Assembly: GCA_045863295.1 (NCBI GenBank)
Contig: BTWA01000004.1
Span: forward strand, 128,001 to 192,000
Direction: 5' to 3'
Source of the DNA: Candidatus Hydrogenedentota bacterium
Lineage (GTDB): Bacteria; Hydrogenedentota; Hydrogenedentia; Hydrogenedentales; SLHB01
Length of the DNA stretch: 64,000 nucleotides
Shown: positions 9,372 to 20,700 of the stretch, piece by piece
Layout: each line of letters starts with the position of its first letter
Numbering within the stretch: the stretch's first letter is position 1
Position numbers and translations under genes: made by a program
The notes under the pieces: model-generated
Seen by the model: the letters and a program-made list of their open reading frames with translations, nothing else
What the model was told of the DNA's origin: nothing
The model's database searches: none

Positions 9372-9523
9372 GGGCGAATTGTACACATTGGAGTGCAGCG
9401 GCCGCGACGCGGCCTCGCCTGTTGTTATGGCCATGCAGCCATAATCCTGTCGCGACGCTGGGCTCGGCACCCTGAATCCGTCGCCTCTGGATTCGTTGAA
9501 GTACTCTTCCCATCTTCTCGCGT

Positions 9524-10774
9524 TCAGGTCAACGCGGGCTCTTTGGCTTCGCCATACTTCGCATCGACATAGTCATCGATGATCTCGCGAAACTGGTTTG
9601 CCAATTCGTCGGGCGATCCGGTCAGTGTCTTGTATTTCTGTCCATCCACATACACTGGACAACTCGGAGCCTCGCCGGTACCAGGCAGACTGATGCCAAT
9701 GTTCGCGGCCTTGGATTCGCCCGGGCCGTTGACCACGCACCCCATCACGGCGAGCTTCAAATCCTCAAAACCTTTGTACTGCTTGCGCCATACCGGCATC
9801 TTCTCGCGCACGTAGGTTTGCACCTGCTCCGCCAATTCCTGGAACGTGGTGCTGGTCGTGCGGCCGCACCCCGGACACGCCGTGATGCTGGGCGCGAACG
9901 ATCGAAGGCCGAGGGATTGCAAAATCTCGCAGGCGGCGTACACTTCTTCGCAGCGGTCGCCACCGGGCCGAGGGGTAAGCGACACGCGAATGGTGTCGCC
10001 AATGCCTTCGGCCAGCAGCACGCCGAGAGCCGCGGAACTCCACGCCACGCCCTTGATGCCCATGCCGGCTTCGGTGAGGCCGAGATGCAACGGCTGCTCG
10101 GTTTGTTTCGCCAATTCGCGGTAGACCTCAATCAACTGCAACGGCGTCGAAGTCTTGCACGAGATGATTATCTGATCTTTGCGCAGACCGCACTCAAGTG
10201 CCAGTTCGGTCGACTGCACGGCCGAAAGCACCATGCACTCGCTGAGAATCTGCTCGGACGTCTTGTTCAAATCCCGGTCGGTATTCTCCTGCATCTTCTG
10301 CATGACCAGTTCCTGGTTCAACGAACCCAGGTTCACGCCAATTCGAACAGGCTTTCCATGATCCTTTGCCACTTGGCAGATGGTGGAAAACTGAATGTCG
10401 CGCTTGGAACCGCGGCCGACATTGCCCGGATTGATCCGGTACTTATCCAGCGCGTCCGCGCAATCCGGGTATTCCGTGAGCAGCTTGTGCCCGTTGAAAT
10501 GGAAATCGCCGATGATGGGCGCGGTACAGCCGGCATCGCGTACGCGTTCGCGTATCTCGGCTACGGCCGCCGCCGCCTCCCGGGTATTGACTGTGATGCG
10601 AACCAATTCCGATCCGGCTTCCGCGAGATCGATGATCTGTTTCGCAGTGGAGACCGGCTCGGCCGTGTCCGTGTTGGTCATGGATTGGACAACGACCGGC
10701 GCGCCGCCGCCGACCTGAATAGACCCCACCAGAACGCCAACCGTGGAACGGCGGGGGTGCAATGGATTAAACAT
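9524..10774 (-). CDS. ispG: 4-hydroxy-3-methylbut-2-en-1-yl diphosphate synthase
   Basis: [52 protein letters not shown]. Confidence 0.97.
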   Translation of the reverse strand: MFNPLHPRRSTVGVLVGSIQVGGGAPVVVQSMTNTDTAEPVSTAKQIIDLAEAGSELVRITVNTREAAAAVAEIRERVRDAGCTAPIIGDFHFNGHKLLTEYPDCADALDKYRINPGNVGRGSKRDIQFSTICQVAKDHGKPVRIGVNLGSLNQELVMQKMQENTDRDLNKTSEQILSECMVLSAVQSTELALECGLRKDQIIISCKTSTPLQLIEVYRELAKQTEQPLHLGLTEAGMGIKGVAWSSAALGVLLAEGIGDTIRVSLTPRPGGDRCEEVYAACEILQSLGLRSFAPSITACPGCGRTTSTTFQELAEQVQTYVREKMPVWRKQYKGFEDLKLAVMGCVVNGPGESKAANIGISLPGTGEAPSCPVYVDGQKYKTLTGSPDELANQFREIIDDYVDAKYGEAKEPALT

Positions 10775-11100
10775 GGAGGCTCCTTGGTCCACAATGCCTG
10801 AATTAGGCCTGAGAAAAAGCGGCCTGACTATATCATAAACACAAGACCCCAATCAGGTTGTTTCCCAGGAGAGAAACCCAAATCACCGCCCCTCCCGCGG
10901 GCGCCCCACGGGGCGATGGGGCCGGACATAACGTGTTGGGCCTCACCGCCTTGACCCGTCCAGTGCGGAAGTGCAAGACTGAACGCTTCGAGAGGCGTCG
11001 GAATAGCGATTGCACACCCATTGTTAACAATCGTGCCGCCCGCCGTTATAGTAGCGCAGGCATTGACTCTCGCGCATTCGGGGCCAACCAGGAGCCGGTC

Positions 11101-12297
11101 ATGAAATCAGCGGAAATCCTCACGCAGGGCAGCATCACGACCCTGTACCGCTATGCGACCCGGCTCTACGCGGAGTTGCCCTATCGCTATTCGAAAAGCG
11201 GACGCGCCTTGCCAACGTGGCACTACTTCATCGAACTCACCCGCCGCTGCAATCTCCGGTGCAAGATGTGCCAATACATCGACTGGCTGGAACAAACTCC
11301 GACCCGCGTACAGGCCGACGGTGAACTGACCACGGAACAATGGCTGAACGTGATCGACCAGACCGGACGTATGAGCCTGATTACGTTTACCGGCGGCGAA
11401 GTGTTCGTTCGCAAGGATTTCATGGATATATTCGAATATGCGTGCGCGAGACGCCGCGTGCATTTCATCTCCAATGCGACAATGCTCACCGAACCGCGCG
11501 CGAAACGATGCGCGGAACTCGCGCCGAAACGCATGGGTATGCGGGGATTCAATTTCGCCGGCATTTCCATCGACGGCACCCGCGACATCCACGATGTCAT
11601 CCGCGCCCAGCGCGGCTCGTTCGATAAATCCACCCAGGGCGTGCGGATGCTCGCCGATTACCGGAAAAGCATGGGCAAGACGTTGCCGTACATCCATATC
11701 AACACGGTGATTCAAGAGGAAAGTATCGACTGTCTGCCCGAAATGCCCGCGTTGTGCAAGGAAATGGGCGCAAACGTGCTGAATCTGCTGACGGAATCGC
11801 GCGCTCATGACCTGCCCACACTCGGCCATGTAGATCCAGGAACGTTCACGCGCTCGGACTTGAAACACAAGCACATTGACCGCGCCAAGCTCGATTACTC
11901 GTTGAAACGGACACTGCTCGAAGCGCAAAAAGTCGGCATTGAGGTCCGGTTTCCCCGCATGCCGTACGAACAGGTGCTGAATCACTACGATCAGGGCTAC
12001 GAAATGAAAGATTTCGAGTGCCGCTCCATATGGGTAAACCTGTTCATCGGCTCCAAAGGCGGAGTCTACCCGTGTTTTATCCGCAAGGTAGGCAACGTCA
12101 AAGACACACCCTTGAAAGAATTGCGAAACAACGAAATCATGCGCGACTTCCGCCTGCGCAGGAAGGAAGGCGGCTTCGCCGTGTGCCGAGGATGTTGCGA
12201 ATTGGAATACAAGGGACAGTGGCGCGATCAGATTGACCTGTCAAATATCGTTAAACCTGCCGATCCCGCCGAGGAGGCGTCCCTCGTCGCAAAATGA
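11101..12297 (+). CDS. Radical SAM protein with SPASM/twitch domain
   Basis: CNLRCKMC, FTGGE, ISIDG; C-terminal C...GGVYPC...CRGCC; GGAG RBS. Confidence 0.9.
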   Translation: MKSAEILTQGSITTLYRYATRLYAELPYRYSKSGRALPTWHYFIELTRRCNLRCKMCQYIDWLEQTPTRVQADGELTTEQWLNVIDQTGRMSLITFTGGEVFVRKDFMDIFEYACARRRVHFISNATMLTEPRAKRCAELAPKRMGMRGFNFAGISIDGTRDIHDVIRAQRGSFDKSTQGVRMLADYRKSMGKTLPYIHINTVIQEESIDCLPEMPALCKEMGANVLNLLTESRAHDLPTLGHVDPGTFTRSDLKHKHIDRAKLDYSLKRTLLEAQKVGIEVRFPRMPYEQVLNHYDQGYEMKDFECRSIWVNLFIGSKGGVYPCFIRKVGNVKDTPLKELRNNEIMRDFRLRRKEGGFAVCRGCCELEYKGQWRDQIDLSNIVKPADPAEEASLVAK

Positions 12298-12393
12298 CGA
12301 GGCCCGCCAATTGCACCCCCGCCATTGTGAGTGATACGATCCCCTCAATCACCGTTTGAAAAAGTGTCTTCTTTGCTGTGGAGCCGGCGTTTC

Positions 12394-12909
12394 ATGCCCT
12401 TGTTGAACATCGTCCTGTACCCCGATGACCCCCTGACCCGTGTCGCAGATCCCGTCGGAACGGTGACCCCCGAATATGTCCGCCTGGCCATGGACATGAT
12501 CGAAACCATGCACGCCTATGACGGGTGCGGTCTGGCCGGTCCGCAAGTGGGGCTGGCACAGCGGATATTCGTCATGCACGCTCCGGACCAGGATCCCCGA
12601 TGCCTCATTAACCCCGAAATCCTGGAAGCAGAAGGTAGCGAAATCGGGGAAGAAGGCTGCCTGAGCATCCCGGAAGTCTACGCCGATGTGCCCCGGGCCA
12701 CCCGCATCCGGGTCAAGGCACTGGATGAACTCGGGCATCCGGTGGAATTCGAGGCCAATGACTTCGAAGCGCGTATCATCCAACATGAAATGGACCACCT
12801 GAACGGGATCCTCATCGTGGATCGGGTGGACATCTTGACCCGCCAGTCCATGCTTCAGGAGTGGGAACCCATCCGATCCCGGTTGTTGATGACCCCCAAA
12901 AAGCGGTAG
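12394..12909 (+). CDS. def: Peptide deformylase
   Basis: GCGLAGPQVG, EGCLS, QHEMDHLNG motifs. Confidence 0.97.
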   Translation: MPLLNIVLYPDDPLTRVADPVGTVTPEYVRLAMDMIETMHAYDGCGLAGPQVGLAQRIFVMHAPDQDPRCLINPEILEAEGSEIGEEGCLSIPEVYADVPRATRIRVKALDELGHPVEFEANDFEARIIQHEMDHLNGILIVDRVDILTRQSMLQEWEPIRSRLLMTPKKR

Positions 12910-12983
12910 ACCGCGAAAACCACCCCATTTTGACCAGGTCGTGAATACCGCACCTCGACCATCCTCCCATTCAATTCACATAT

Positions 12984-13077
12984 CGATATGTTGTGTCCTT
13001 CAGAAGCAGTATAGAATCATTATTCAACGACACCACCTTATATGGTATTGATTTTTGAACTTGAATACGATATATTG
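12984..13077. promoter_or_regulatory. Three NrdR-box-like sites
   Basis: Cores CGATATGTTG (12984), CCTTATATGG (13036) and CGATATATTG (13068), spaced 52 and 32 bp. Confidence 0.45.
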
Positions 13078-13157
13078 ATGGTATATTTGTAGTTGGCTCT
13101 AACCCGCCTATGTATGGTTCACCAGACGCAAGGATGCGAGATAGGAGAACCGGCTCA

Positions 13158-13466
13158 ATGAAAAGTAGCGCGCCAGGGATGGATTTTCAGCAAATCAAAC
13201 GACAGTGGGAGTCACGAGGATTCTCCTGCGCCCTCTGGACCGACCCTCCTGGACAAGTCTGGAAAGATTTCATTCACGAAACGGATGAGTTGGTCTTGCT
13301 GGTCGAAGGACAAATCGAAGTCGAGATGAACGGGGAAGCCCACCGGCCAGCGGTCGGAGAGGAAGTCTACATACCGGCAGGCACCCTTCACACCGTACGC
13401 AATGCCGGCCCCACCGTGTCCCACTGGTACTACGGCTACGCGCTCGAATACGCCCACACCGATTGA
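13158..13466 (+). CDS. Small cupin-domain protein
   Basis: W-DPPGQVW..FIHETDEL..LVEG...YIPAGTLHTVRN; AGGAG RBS. Confidence 0.88.
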   Translation: MKSSAPGMDFQQIKRQWESRGFSCALWTDPPGQVWKDFIHETDELVLLVEGQIEVEMNGEAHRPAVGEEVYIPAGTLHTVRNAGPTVSHWYYGYALEYAHTD

Positions 13467-13469
13467 CGC

Positions 13470-14132
13470 TCAGGCAAGACTCTCCACGAAGCGCTGAAAA
13501 CCGTCGGGATCGCGCCAAGGGCGACCGTGCCCGAAGCAAACGATCTTGGGATGGAGTCCGGCGAGTCTGCGGGCGCTCTTCCGGTTCTTCGCCGGGTCGA
13601 CCGTAAACAGCCGCGGCGGCTCGTGCAGCCCGGGCACGGTGGTAATGAGATTCATCCCGTTAATCACGTCGCCGAGAATGAGTACGCGGTCCGGCTCGCG
13701 CCAATAAGCCACCTGCCCAGGGGAATGGCCGGGCGCATCGATTACTTCAAATCCCGCCACATCATCCCCTTCCTTCAACCGGCGTGCAACCGGATGCGCG
13801 GGGCCGGTCCAAAACACGTTTTGAAGGGCCGTATTCCAATTCACAGGCAGTACGCCAGACAAATCCCCTGATTCCATCGCGTCCGCATCACCCTCGCCGC
13901 ACCAGAGCGGAATACCCAAGGCCTCGCAAACGGCATGGCTCGACCCCTGATGATCCGGATGCGCATGCGTAAGCGCATGAGCGGTGACAGAACGGCCGGC
14001 CAACTGGCGCATGATGCGCTTGTGCGCCAATTTTGTCCCCGCATCCAGCAACACGTCGCCAACCAAGTAAACGTTTATAGCAAACTTGGGAAAACCTGTG
14101 AGCAGGTAAAGATGGGGAGCAATGGCTTCCAT
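13470..14132 (-). CDS. Metallo-beta-lactamase-fold hydrolase
   Basis: THAHPDHQG, PGHSPG, GD and FGHG motifs. Confidence 0.92.
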   Translation of the reverse strand: MEAIAPHLYLLTGFPKFAINVYLVGDVLLDAGTKLAHKRIMRQLAGRSVTAHALTHAHPDHQGSSHAVCEALGIPLWCGEGDADAMESGDLSGVLPVNWNTALQNVFWTGPAHPVARRLKEGDDVAGFEVIDAPGHSPGQVAYWREPDRVLILGDVINGMNLITTVPGLHEPPRLFTVDPAKNRKSARRLAGLHPKIVCFGHGRPWRDPDGFQRFVESLA

Positions 14133-14401
14133 GCCCATGGTGTACCACAGAAACCGGCGCTGGACAAACTCGGGTAACCCAAGGTAATCCCGGCCAACCG
14201 GACACCTGTTCTTTCTGCCTCTTTTTCCGTCGTGCACCCGTGAAAAAGCAAAACATCGCCTCCAGCCCCGAAGCAAACCCGCTCCGTGCACGGATCCGCC
14301 AGCCCGCAAACGGCAACGGAATGTGGCTCAAGTGCCAAACCTACTCCGCAACGTGCTATCCTCTCCTTTCTCATTCATTCGACAAGGAAGGAACGTGATT
14401 C

Positions 14402-15460
14402 ATGCGCAAACAGTCGTTGGACTTCTTGAAAAACCTGTTATCCACACCCAGCCCGTCTGGATTCGAAGAAGCGATTCAAGAAACGTGCAAGAAGTACGCG
14501 AAACCCTACGCCGACAAAATCTACAAAGACGTGCACGGCAACCAATATCACGTGAAAAATCCAAACGCCAAGCTGCGGGTCATGCTGGCCGGCCACGTAG
14601 ACGAAATCGGCCTGATGATCAATCACATGGACGACCGCGGCTTTCTGGGGTTTGTCGCAATCGGCGGCATCGACGCCTCGGTGCTGGACGGGCAACGCGT
14701 CGTCGTGCATACGCAGAGCGGGCCGATTCCTGGGGTCATTGGACGGCGCGCCATTCACCTGACGGACCCGGAGGACCGAGGCAAGCCGATGAAATTGCAC
14801 CAGATGTGGATTGACATCGGCGCCAAGGACAAAAAAGATGCGGAGAGCGTGGTGGCGCTGGGCGATCCGGCAACCATCGACATCGGATTTCAGGAACTCC
14901 GCAACGGACGGGCCGTGGCGCGCGCAGTGGACGACCGGATCGGCGCGTTTGTGGTGTTGGAAACGCTTCGCCTATTGGAGAAACGAAAAATTCAATGTGC
15001 CGTCTACTCGGTGACAACCGTGCAGGAAGAGATTGGCCTGCGCGGCGCGACTACGGCGGCCTACTCTGTGGAACCGCACGTGGGAATCGCCGTCGACGTG
15101 AATCACGCGACAGACCACCCGGATGTGGACACGAAACGGTATGGCGCCACCAAACTGGACGGCGGACCAATCCTCGCGCGCGGGCCGAACATCAACCCCG
15201 TCGTAATAAAACAATTGTTCGACGTGGCGAAAAAGAAAAAGATTCCATACCAAGTCGATGCGGAGCCGCGTGGCACAGGCACGGACGCAAACGCCATGCA
15301 ATTGTCGCGCGGAGGAGTAGCCACAGCGCTGGTCGGTATTCCAAATCGCTACATGCACTCCCCAGTGGAAATGATTTCGCTCAAAGACGCCGAGCAGTGC
15401 GCGGAACTGCTGGCGGAATGGATTGCCACCTTAAAACCGGGAATGAGCTTCATTCCCTGA
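14402..15460 (+). CDS. M42 family aminopeptidase (TET/FrvX-like)
   Basis: PSPSGFE, AGHVDEIG, DDRIG, QEEIGLRGA, GTGTDA, RYMHSPVE. Confidence 0.95.
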   Translation: MRKQSLDFLKNLLSTPSPSGFEEAIQETCKKYAKPYADKIYKDVHGNQYHVKNPNAKLRVMLAGHVDEIGLMINHMDDRGFLGFVAIGGIDASVLDGQRVVVHTQSGPIPGVIGRRAIHLTDPEDRGKPMKLHQMWIDIGAKDKKDAESVVALGDPATIDIGFQELRNGRAVARAVDDRIGAFVVLETLRLLEKRKIQCAVYSVTTVQEEIGLRGATTAAYSVEPHVGIAVDVNHATDHPDVDTKRYGATKLDGGPILARGPNINPVVIKQLFDVAKKKKIPYQVDAEPRGTGTDANAMQLSRGGVATALVGIPNRYMHSPVEMISLKDAEQCAELLAEWIATLKPGMSFIP

Positions 15461-15461
15461 A

Positions 15462-15596
15462 GTAGAAGCGGCATCCTGTCGCTTTATCGTGTCTCAACGC
15501 AGAAGGCGGCGGATTCGTTGAAGATCAATGGTGTGTGAAAAGATGCGAAGGCCAACAGTGGTTCTTCGATCCGTGTATGCGGCGAAACGCCGCTAC
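15462..15596. repeat. GTAG-type REP-like palindromes
   Basis: GTAGAAGCGGCATCCTGTCGCTTT (15462-15485) has 3 mismatches to the reverse complement of 4131-4154; inverted GCGGCGAAACGCCGCTAC at 15579-15596. Confidence 0.6.
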
Positions 15597-15620
15597 GGCT
15601 ATCCGGGGAGTTTGGCAATC

Positions 15621-16955
15621 ATGAGAGCGATGTGGACAGGCTTTTTCCTATTGGCGATCCCGGCCTTCGCAACAGGGGTTCCCGCGGACAACTATCCGTC
15701 GTTGCAGGAAGCCATCGATGCAAATCCCGGCAAGATGGTGGAACTGGGACCCAATGACTACGTAATCGGCGCCGCACTGCGCATTACGTCGAGCGGCGGC
15801 GGGCTGTGCGGATACGGCCGCATCGTCATGACCAATCCCGAGGAATCCATTATCCACGTAAGACAGACGCGGGACGTGCGCATCGAGGACATTGCCCTTA
15901 CGCGATCGGAAGGCGCCATGGACGCGTTGAGGCACGGCATACACGTCGAAAAGTGCGCCAACGTACAGATTGACGGCGTGCAAGTTATCGACAACCGCAG
16001 TCAGGCGGGCACGATCTTCTTTGAGGAGTGCACGGACAGCCGGGTTGTGAATTCGACAGTACTCAATTACAAACGGATCTGCGTGGATGATCGAACCGCG
16101 AGCCCGTTGTACGGATATGCATTTAAGGTTATTGATGGCACCGGCATCATGGTGGTGCGCAGCCAGGGCATGCAGGTTGTCAATAACCGCGTGCTGGAAC
16201 GAAACATCTATCCGACCGAGGAGACCAAGAAGACCTTTCAATTGGGTAACTTCACCGAAGGAGCGAATCCCACCCAGAAAGGGCAACTCGCCCCGCCCGG
16301 GGAGTACGCAAACAACTGGCATCAAGGTTCGGCCATCACGGTGTCCGCGCCGCTGGAAACACGCCATGTGCTTATCAGCGGAAATTACATTGAAAACGCC
16401 GCCCAGGGCATTGACATGCACGGTGATCACATGACGTGCAGCAACAACATCATCGATCACGCATTCATCGGAATTAAATGCATGCACGGCTCGAAGAATG
16501 TGATCATAACCGGCAACAACGTTTCCCACATGGACCTCTGGGGACTGATCATGATGCCCGGCACTCTGTCTCACCCCGCGCAACCGGCATCGGGCGATCA
16601 ACCCGCCAAGCCCGCCAATTTCACCAGCGGCAATATTATCTCCAATAATATCTTTGCCGATTTCGGCTTCGGCTATGAATATTTCAATTGGAAAGGAAGT
16701 AAAGGCGGCGTAATCAGCCTCGAGTCAGGACAGCTAGCGGAAAACCCGGTGATGTTCGACGTGTTGATTCAAGGCAATGTGGTCTACGACACCGGCCGGG
16801 ACGAAGTGCTGGAGAACGGCGTACCGGTTAAAGCCGATCCCCGCTACGAGTACGCGGTATTCATGTCTCCCGAACCGCGCCCTAAGGGGTTGGTGTTCCG
16901 CGACAATGTGTTCCATCCGGGCCGCGGTGGCATTTCAAATCTGCCGTTGGAATAA
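15621..16955 (+). CDS. Secreted right-handed parallel beta-helix protein (pectin lyase-like fold)
   Basis: Signal peptide MRAMWTGFFLLAIPAFA; YPSLQEAID; repeated ISGN/ITGN/ISNN beta-helix turns. Confidence 0.85.
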   Translation: MRAMWTGFFLLAIPAFATGVPADNYPSLQEAIDANPGKMVELGPNDYVIGAALRITSSGGGLCGYGRIVMTNPEESIIHVRQTRDVRIEDIALTRSEGAMDALRHGIHVEKCANVQIDGVQVIDNRSQAGTIFFEECTDSRVVNSTVLNYKRICVDDRTASPLYGYAFKVIDGTGIMVVRSQGMQVVNNRVLERNIYPTEETKKTFQLGNFTEGANPTQKGQLAPPGEYANNWHQGSAITVSAPLETRHVLISGNYIENAAQGIDMHGDHMTCSNNIIDHAFIGIKCMHGSKNVIITGNNVSHMDLWGLIMMPGTLSHPAQPASGDQPAKPANFTSGNIISNNIFADFGFGYEYFNWKGSKGGVISLESGQLAENPVMFDVLIQGNVVYDTGRDEVLENGVPVKADPRYEYAVFMSPEPRPKGLVFRDNVFHPGRGGISNLPLE

Positions 16956-17264
16956 GTCCACGCTGCCTTCGCATGCGCCGGCCGCGCGGCATCCTCAAGT
17001 ATCGTCTGCGCGATTACATTTTTGTACCTCGAAGGGCACAGCGCTACCTCCCTGGGAGTAGCTGTAGCGTGTGAACACTGCGAAATGACCACCCTAATCC
17101 TCGCAATGTTCTCCATGAATTACCGTCCTGTAAACAGCGCCAACCAATCCGACAATAATGTCGCTGTTTTCGCGGCACACACGTTAACCCTCAAGCACGG
17201 CGAATCGCTTCAACTCATCTATTCAAAATGAGTTATAGCAAAACACCGCCAAACAAGACAGACT

Positions 17265-17280
17265 TGGCACACCAGTTGCT
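17265..17280 (+). promoter_or_regulatory. Sigma54 (-24/-12) promoter
   Basis: TGGCAC-ACCAG-TTGCT, with GG at 17266-17267 and GC at 17278-17279 (canonical spacing). Confidence 0.75.
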
Positions 17281-17290
17281 CTAACAGAAA

Positions 17291-17694
17291 CGTCGATGCG
17301 GCAGCCCCCAGAAGGGGCGGCAGACAAAGAAAGAATTGAATCATGGAAGGGTTGAACGGACAAACCGGATACCCCGCACCCGTGGAAACGGGTGCCGTTT
17401 CCGAAGCCAATCCGCTGATGGCGCGCCTGATGGACGCCTCGCGATCATTTGGGTTCGGAAACTATGAGTGGCCCTCTCTCCCCTGTACATTCGTGCAGGG
17501 TGCTGTTGCTGACTCCGCCACCTAAGACTCCGGCCGCGCAGCGCTACACTGGCTCCCTCGACCGAATGCTAAGCCCGGAGTATTCGGAAGCGCTGCGCGG
17601 CCCTTCCCCCCTACACCAAACGGGGCCTTAAGAAAGCCCCGGTTCGATTTTGCATACATGCTGGGGAGCGCTCCAGAGTATCGGGGCGCTCCCC
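17291..17694 (+). other. Putative sigma54-driven structured transcript (sRNA and/or 60-aa ORF 17343-17525)
   Basis: Downstream of the sigma54 promoter; successive strong hairpins; no long ORF. Confidence 0.45.
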
Positions 17695-17741
17695 CTCCCC
17701 CCCCCCTTCTAAACGACGCTGAGCGTTCACCAAACCGGAAG

Positions 17742-20700
17742 TCAGTACTGCGTCTCCACCCTCACCGTTAGGGGATGCGTTGCGTCGATAATTGCCTGCG
17801 TGCTCAAGGACACCGTTACCGTATCGCCGTCGCGTGTCGCGGCCGCTTTGATTCGACGGCGGCCGTACGTCGCCAAGACGTTCTTCACCATTGAGCCGCG
17901 TGCAAGGGTCAACGTCAACCGGTTCAGGCCGACATTGCCGTGGACCACGCGCACGTGGTTCGTTTGCACCCCGTGAGTACGCTCCTGCCCCACTGTTCCC
18001 CAACCACCGGCGCCCGTGAAGAAGCATCGAAATTGATCCGGCGATATCTTCGGGTTTACTTCGAGAGATGCGTCGACGGCGTTGTAGACCAGACCCGCCG
18101 CGGCGTTGAGAAGCGTTTGCGCGGACATTGCGCGCGCATAGTGGTAGCCGCATTCCAACTCGGCCCAGGGATTGCGCTGGTTCCCGGTATAGCGATCCCG
18201 CGCGCCACGCACAATTTGCAGTCCTTCCACAACGCGGCCTTCGTGGATTAGGCAGGCAGCCACGTGGTATTCCAACCCGGTCCACACTTCGTCGCAATAC
18301 AATACAGGGTGGCGCGGCCTGCCGCCTTCAGGCCATACGCACGTAAGCAAGCCCTTCTCATCGCCCTCGGCAAAGACGCGTTGAGTGTGCTTGTGATTGA
18401 CCAGGTTCGTCCGCCAACAATTGGCATGCACAGATTGAAGCGCGGTGCGTACACGTTCTTCGGGAAGCACATGGCCCAGCCCCAGAATGTTGGCCCACCA
18501 TTGTCCCAAAAGCTGATCGGCATGGCACCCGATTCCCCAGCAATTCCCTTGCTCGTACGTCTCAGGGGTGGCGCCGGGCGCATCGAACACGTTGATATAA
18601 TAGGAACCGTTCCAACAAGTCTGGTCGTACGCGCCACGCGCCTTCTCGAATCGCGCGCGACACAGGTCGGCCATGGACGAATCGTTCATCAACCGGGCCA
18701 TCTCCTCCATCGCACGCAACGCGGCAAGGTAAAGTGATCCGATGAACGTGTTGCTGCCGTAGGTATGAATATCGTAGGTGTTGGGTTGCTCGCCCCGGAT
18801 GATGCCTTCTTCCTGGGGGTCATGGGTCTTCATCAGGTACAAAAGATGGTCACGGGCACGGCCCCAGAGTTTCTCCAACCACGCTATGTCGCCGTGCATC
18901 CGCACTTCGCGGTACAGCTTCAGCAAAGTGCCCAACTGCCCGTCGAGCGCCGGATGATGCGGACCGCCAATTTCGAAGCCGAGGCGCGGTTCGCTCAACG
19001 GAAGCACCGTCCGGTGTGGAATGTAGTGCTCAGTGGGATGCATCTGCACGAGCAGATCGGTCTCGCGTACATTGCGCTCCAACTCCGGCCACAGAAACGC
19101 CGGCGTCATGACGTAGTTGTACACGTGGGTGCAGTTCATGGGACAGCATCGGTCCGCCCCTTCGAATCCGCCCACCGTCCCGTCTTCGGTCCAAACGTAA
19201 ATGGGCGATTGCACGGTGGATACATTGGCCGTGACCGCATCCAGAACGTATCGCGGCAGCGTGCTGTCGTGCATGGTCTGATGAAAAAGGCGCGTCTCGC
19301 GCGACAATCTCTCCACGTGCGATGCAACGTATTTCGCCACGTCATCCGCACTCTCAAACCAATGGTTGTATTGGTTTCCGAGCCGGGCATCCTTTTCAAA
19401 TTCGGGTTTGGCCCATCCGAAGCCGCGATCCTTCGTTCGGTTGGGAAAATGCCACGCGAGTACGAAAGTGATCTCTTTTGACTTGCCCGGGCGCAAAGCA
19501 AATGACGAAGCCAAAGCCCCGTACCAGGACCGGCCGGGCTCGCTCGGCCCGGCGGGCGAATCATCCAGGCCACCGCGTTCAACAAAGGACGCCCACAGGG
19601 CGGCAGGATCGTCCGATTGGGAGGTTGCGGCGGCATTCTTATCGCCAAGCACTGCAAGCGCCATGGATCCGTAGTGGGGGGCTGAATGATGAACCCCGGT
19701 GATCGGGTCGGCTGTGGAACCAATCGCGTTCGCAATCAATTGCCCGTAGTACGATTTGCGGCTAAAGGACTCAAGCCCTTCGGGCACTTCGCTCAGACAC
19801 AATACAATCCTTCCCCGGCCGCATGCGCCTGCATAAAGCACCGGGCTTTGACCAAGAACCGAACTGCCGGGCCGGAGGGAAATCCCACTGGTCTCCCAGC
19901 CGGGCGGGACGCCACCGTCCCGCTCGGCGAATTGGGCATCAGTCCAGGAAATGGGCATGGCCTGTCGCGCGCGGCCAATCAGCGCGGGGTCTACGTAGGG
20001 CGAGGCCGGCGAATGACTCACATAGATCTCGCCGGCCAGGATATGCCCCCACCCGCCTACGGCTTGGTCGAGTATTTCGATCTGCGCCTGCTTGCCCTTG
20101 TGGGTTGCGACATCCCAACGGACGGGGCGAAGCCGCTCTGTGTTGTCGCCCGTGGCCGAGGCCACGACCTGGCCGTCGATTCGAAGATTGACGCATGCGA
20201 GATTGGGTTGCCTTCCGCCGCCAACTTGGAGGTGAATGTAGTCACGGTCGATAACGAACAAGCGGGATGTCATGCGTCCGCGGGTGTCATCGCCGCCATG
20301 AAAGCTGTTTATGTAGTAGGTGCCGCGATATCCAGAGACTGTCTGTTGGCCCGGCAAGGTGCCTGAAGCCGGGCTGGCGCCAAAAGCGTCTCCCTCGACG
20401 GTCCACCCGTCATAACTCCCTTTTCCCCAATCTTCCAGCAAAAGCGGACTGTCCTCTGCCGCGCTTTCAGCGCGCATCAGTAGGCTGTTCGGACCGCAAC
20501 TGTAAATTAACGTGGCGCCGGCGTCCACGGCATCGAACATGCCTGCGAACTCGTCGCCCAGCACAGTTTCGCCGTCGTCTCGATACCAATACACCGCGTC
20601 GGCTGAAGCGGGCGGTGCGATGGGAACAGATTGTCCAAATCGCACATCGACATTCCCGGCATAGCGCAAATGAAAAGCCACATCGCGGTCATTGGTGTGG

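Noticed and set aside
10858..11100. N-terminal extension of the radical SAM ORF, or a RiPP precursor upstream of it
   Set aside because: The RBS supports a start at 11101 and no credible short precursor ORF was found.
17013..17028. ATTAC-N6-GTACC, a possible second response-regulator box
   Set aside because: The right half-site has two mismatches and there is no clear target promoter.
17360..17410. Resemblance to a c-di-GMP-I riboswitch (GAAA-type loop hairpin)
   Set aside because: Lacks the GGGACGCAAAG junction and a downstream regulated gene.
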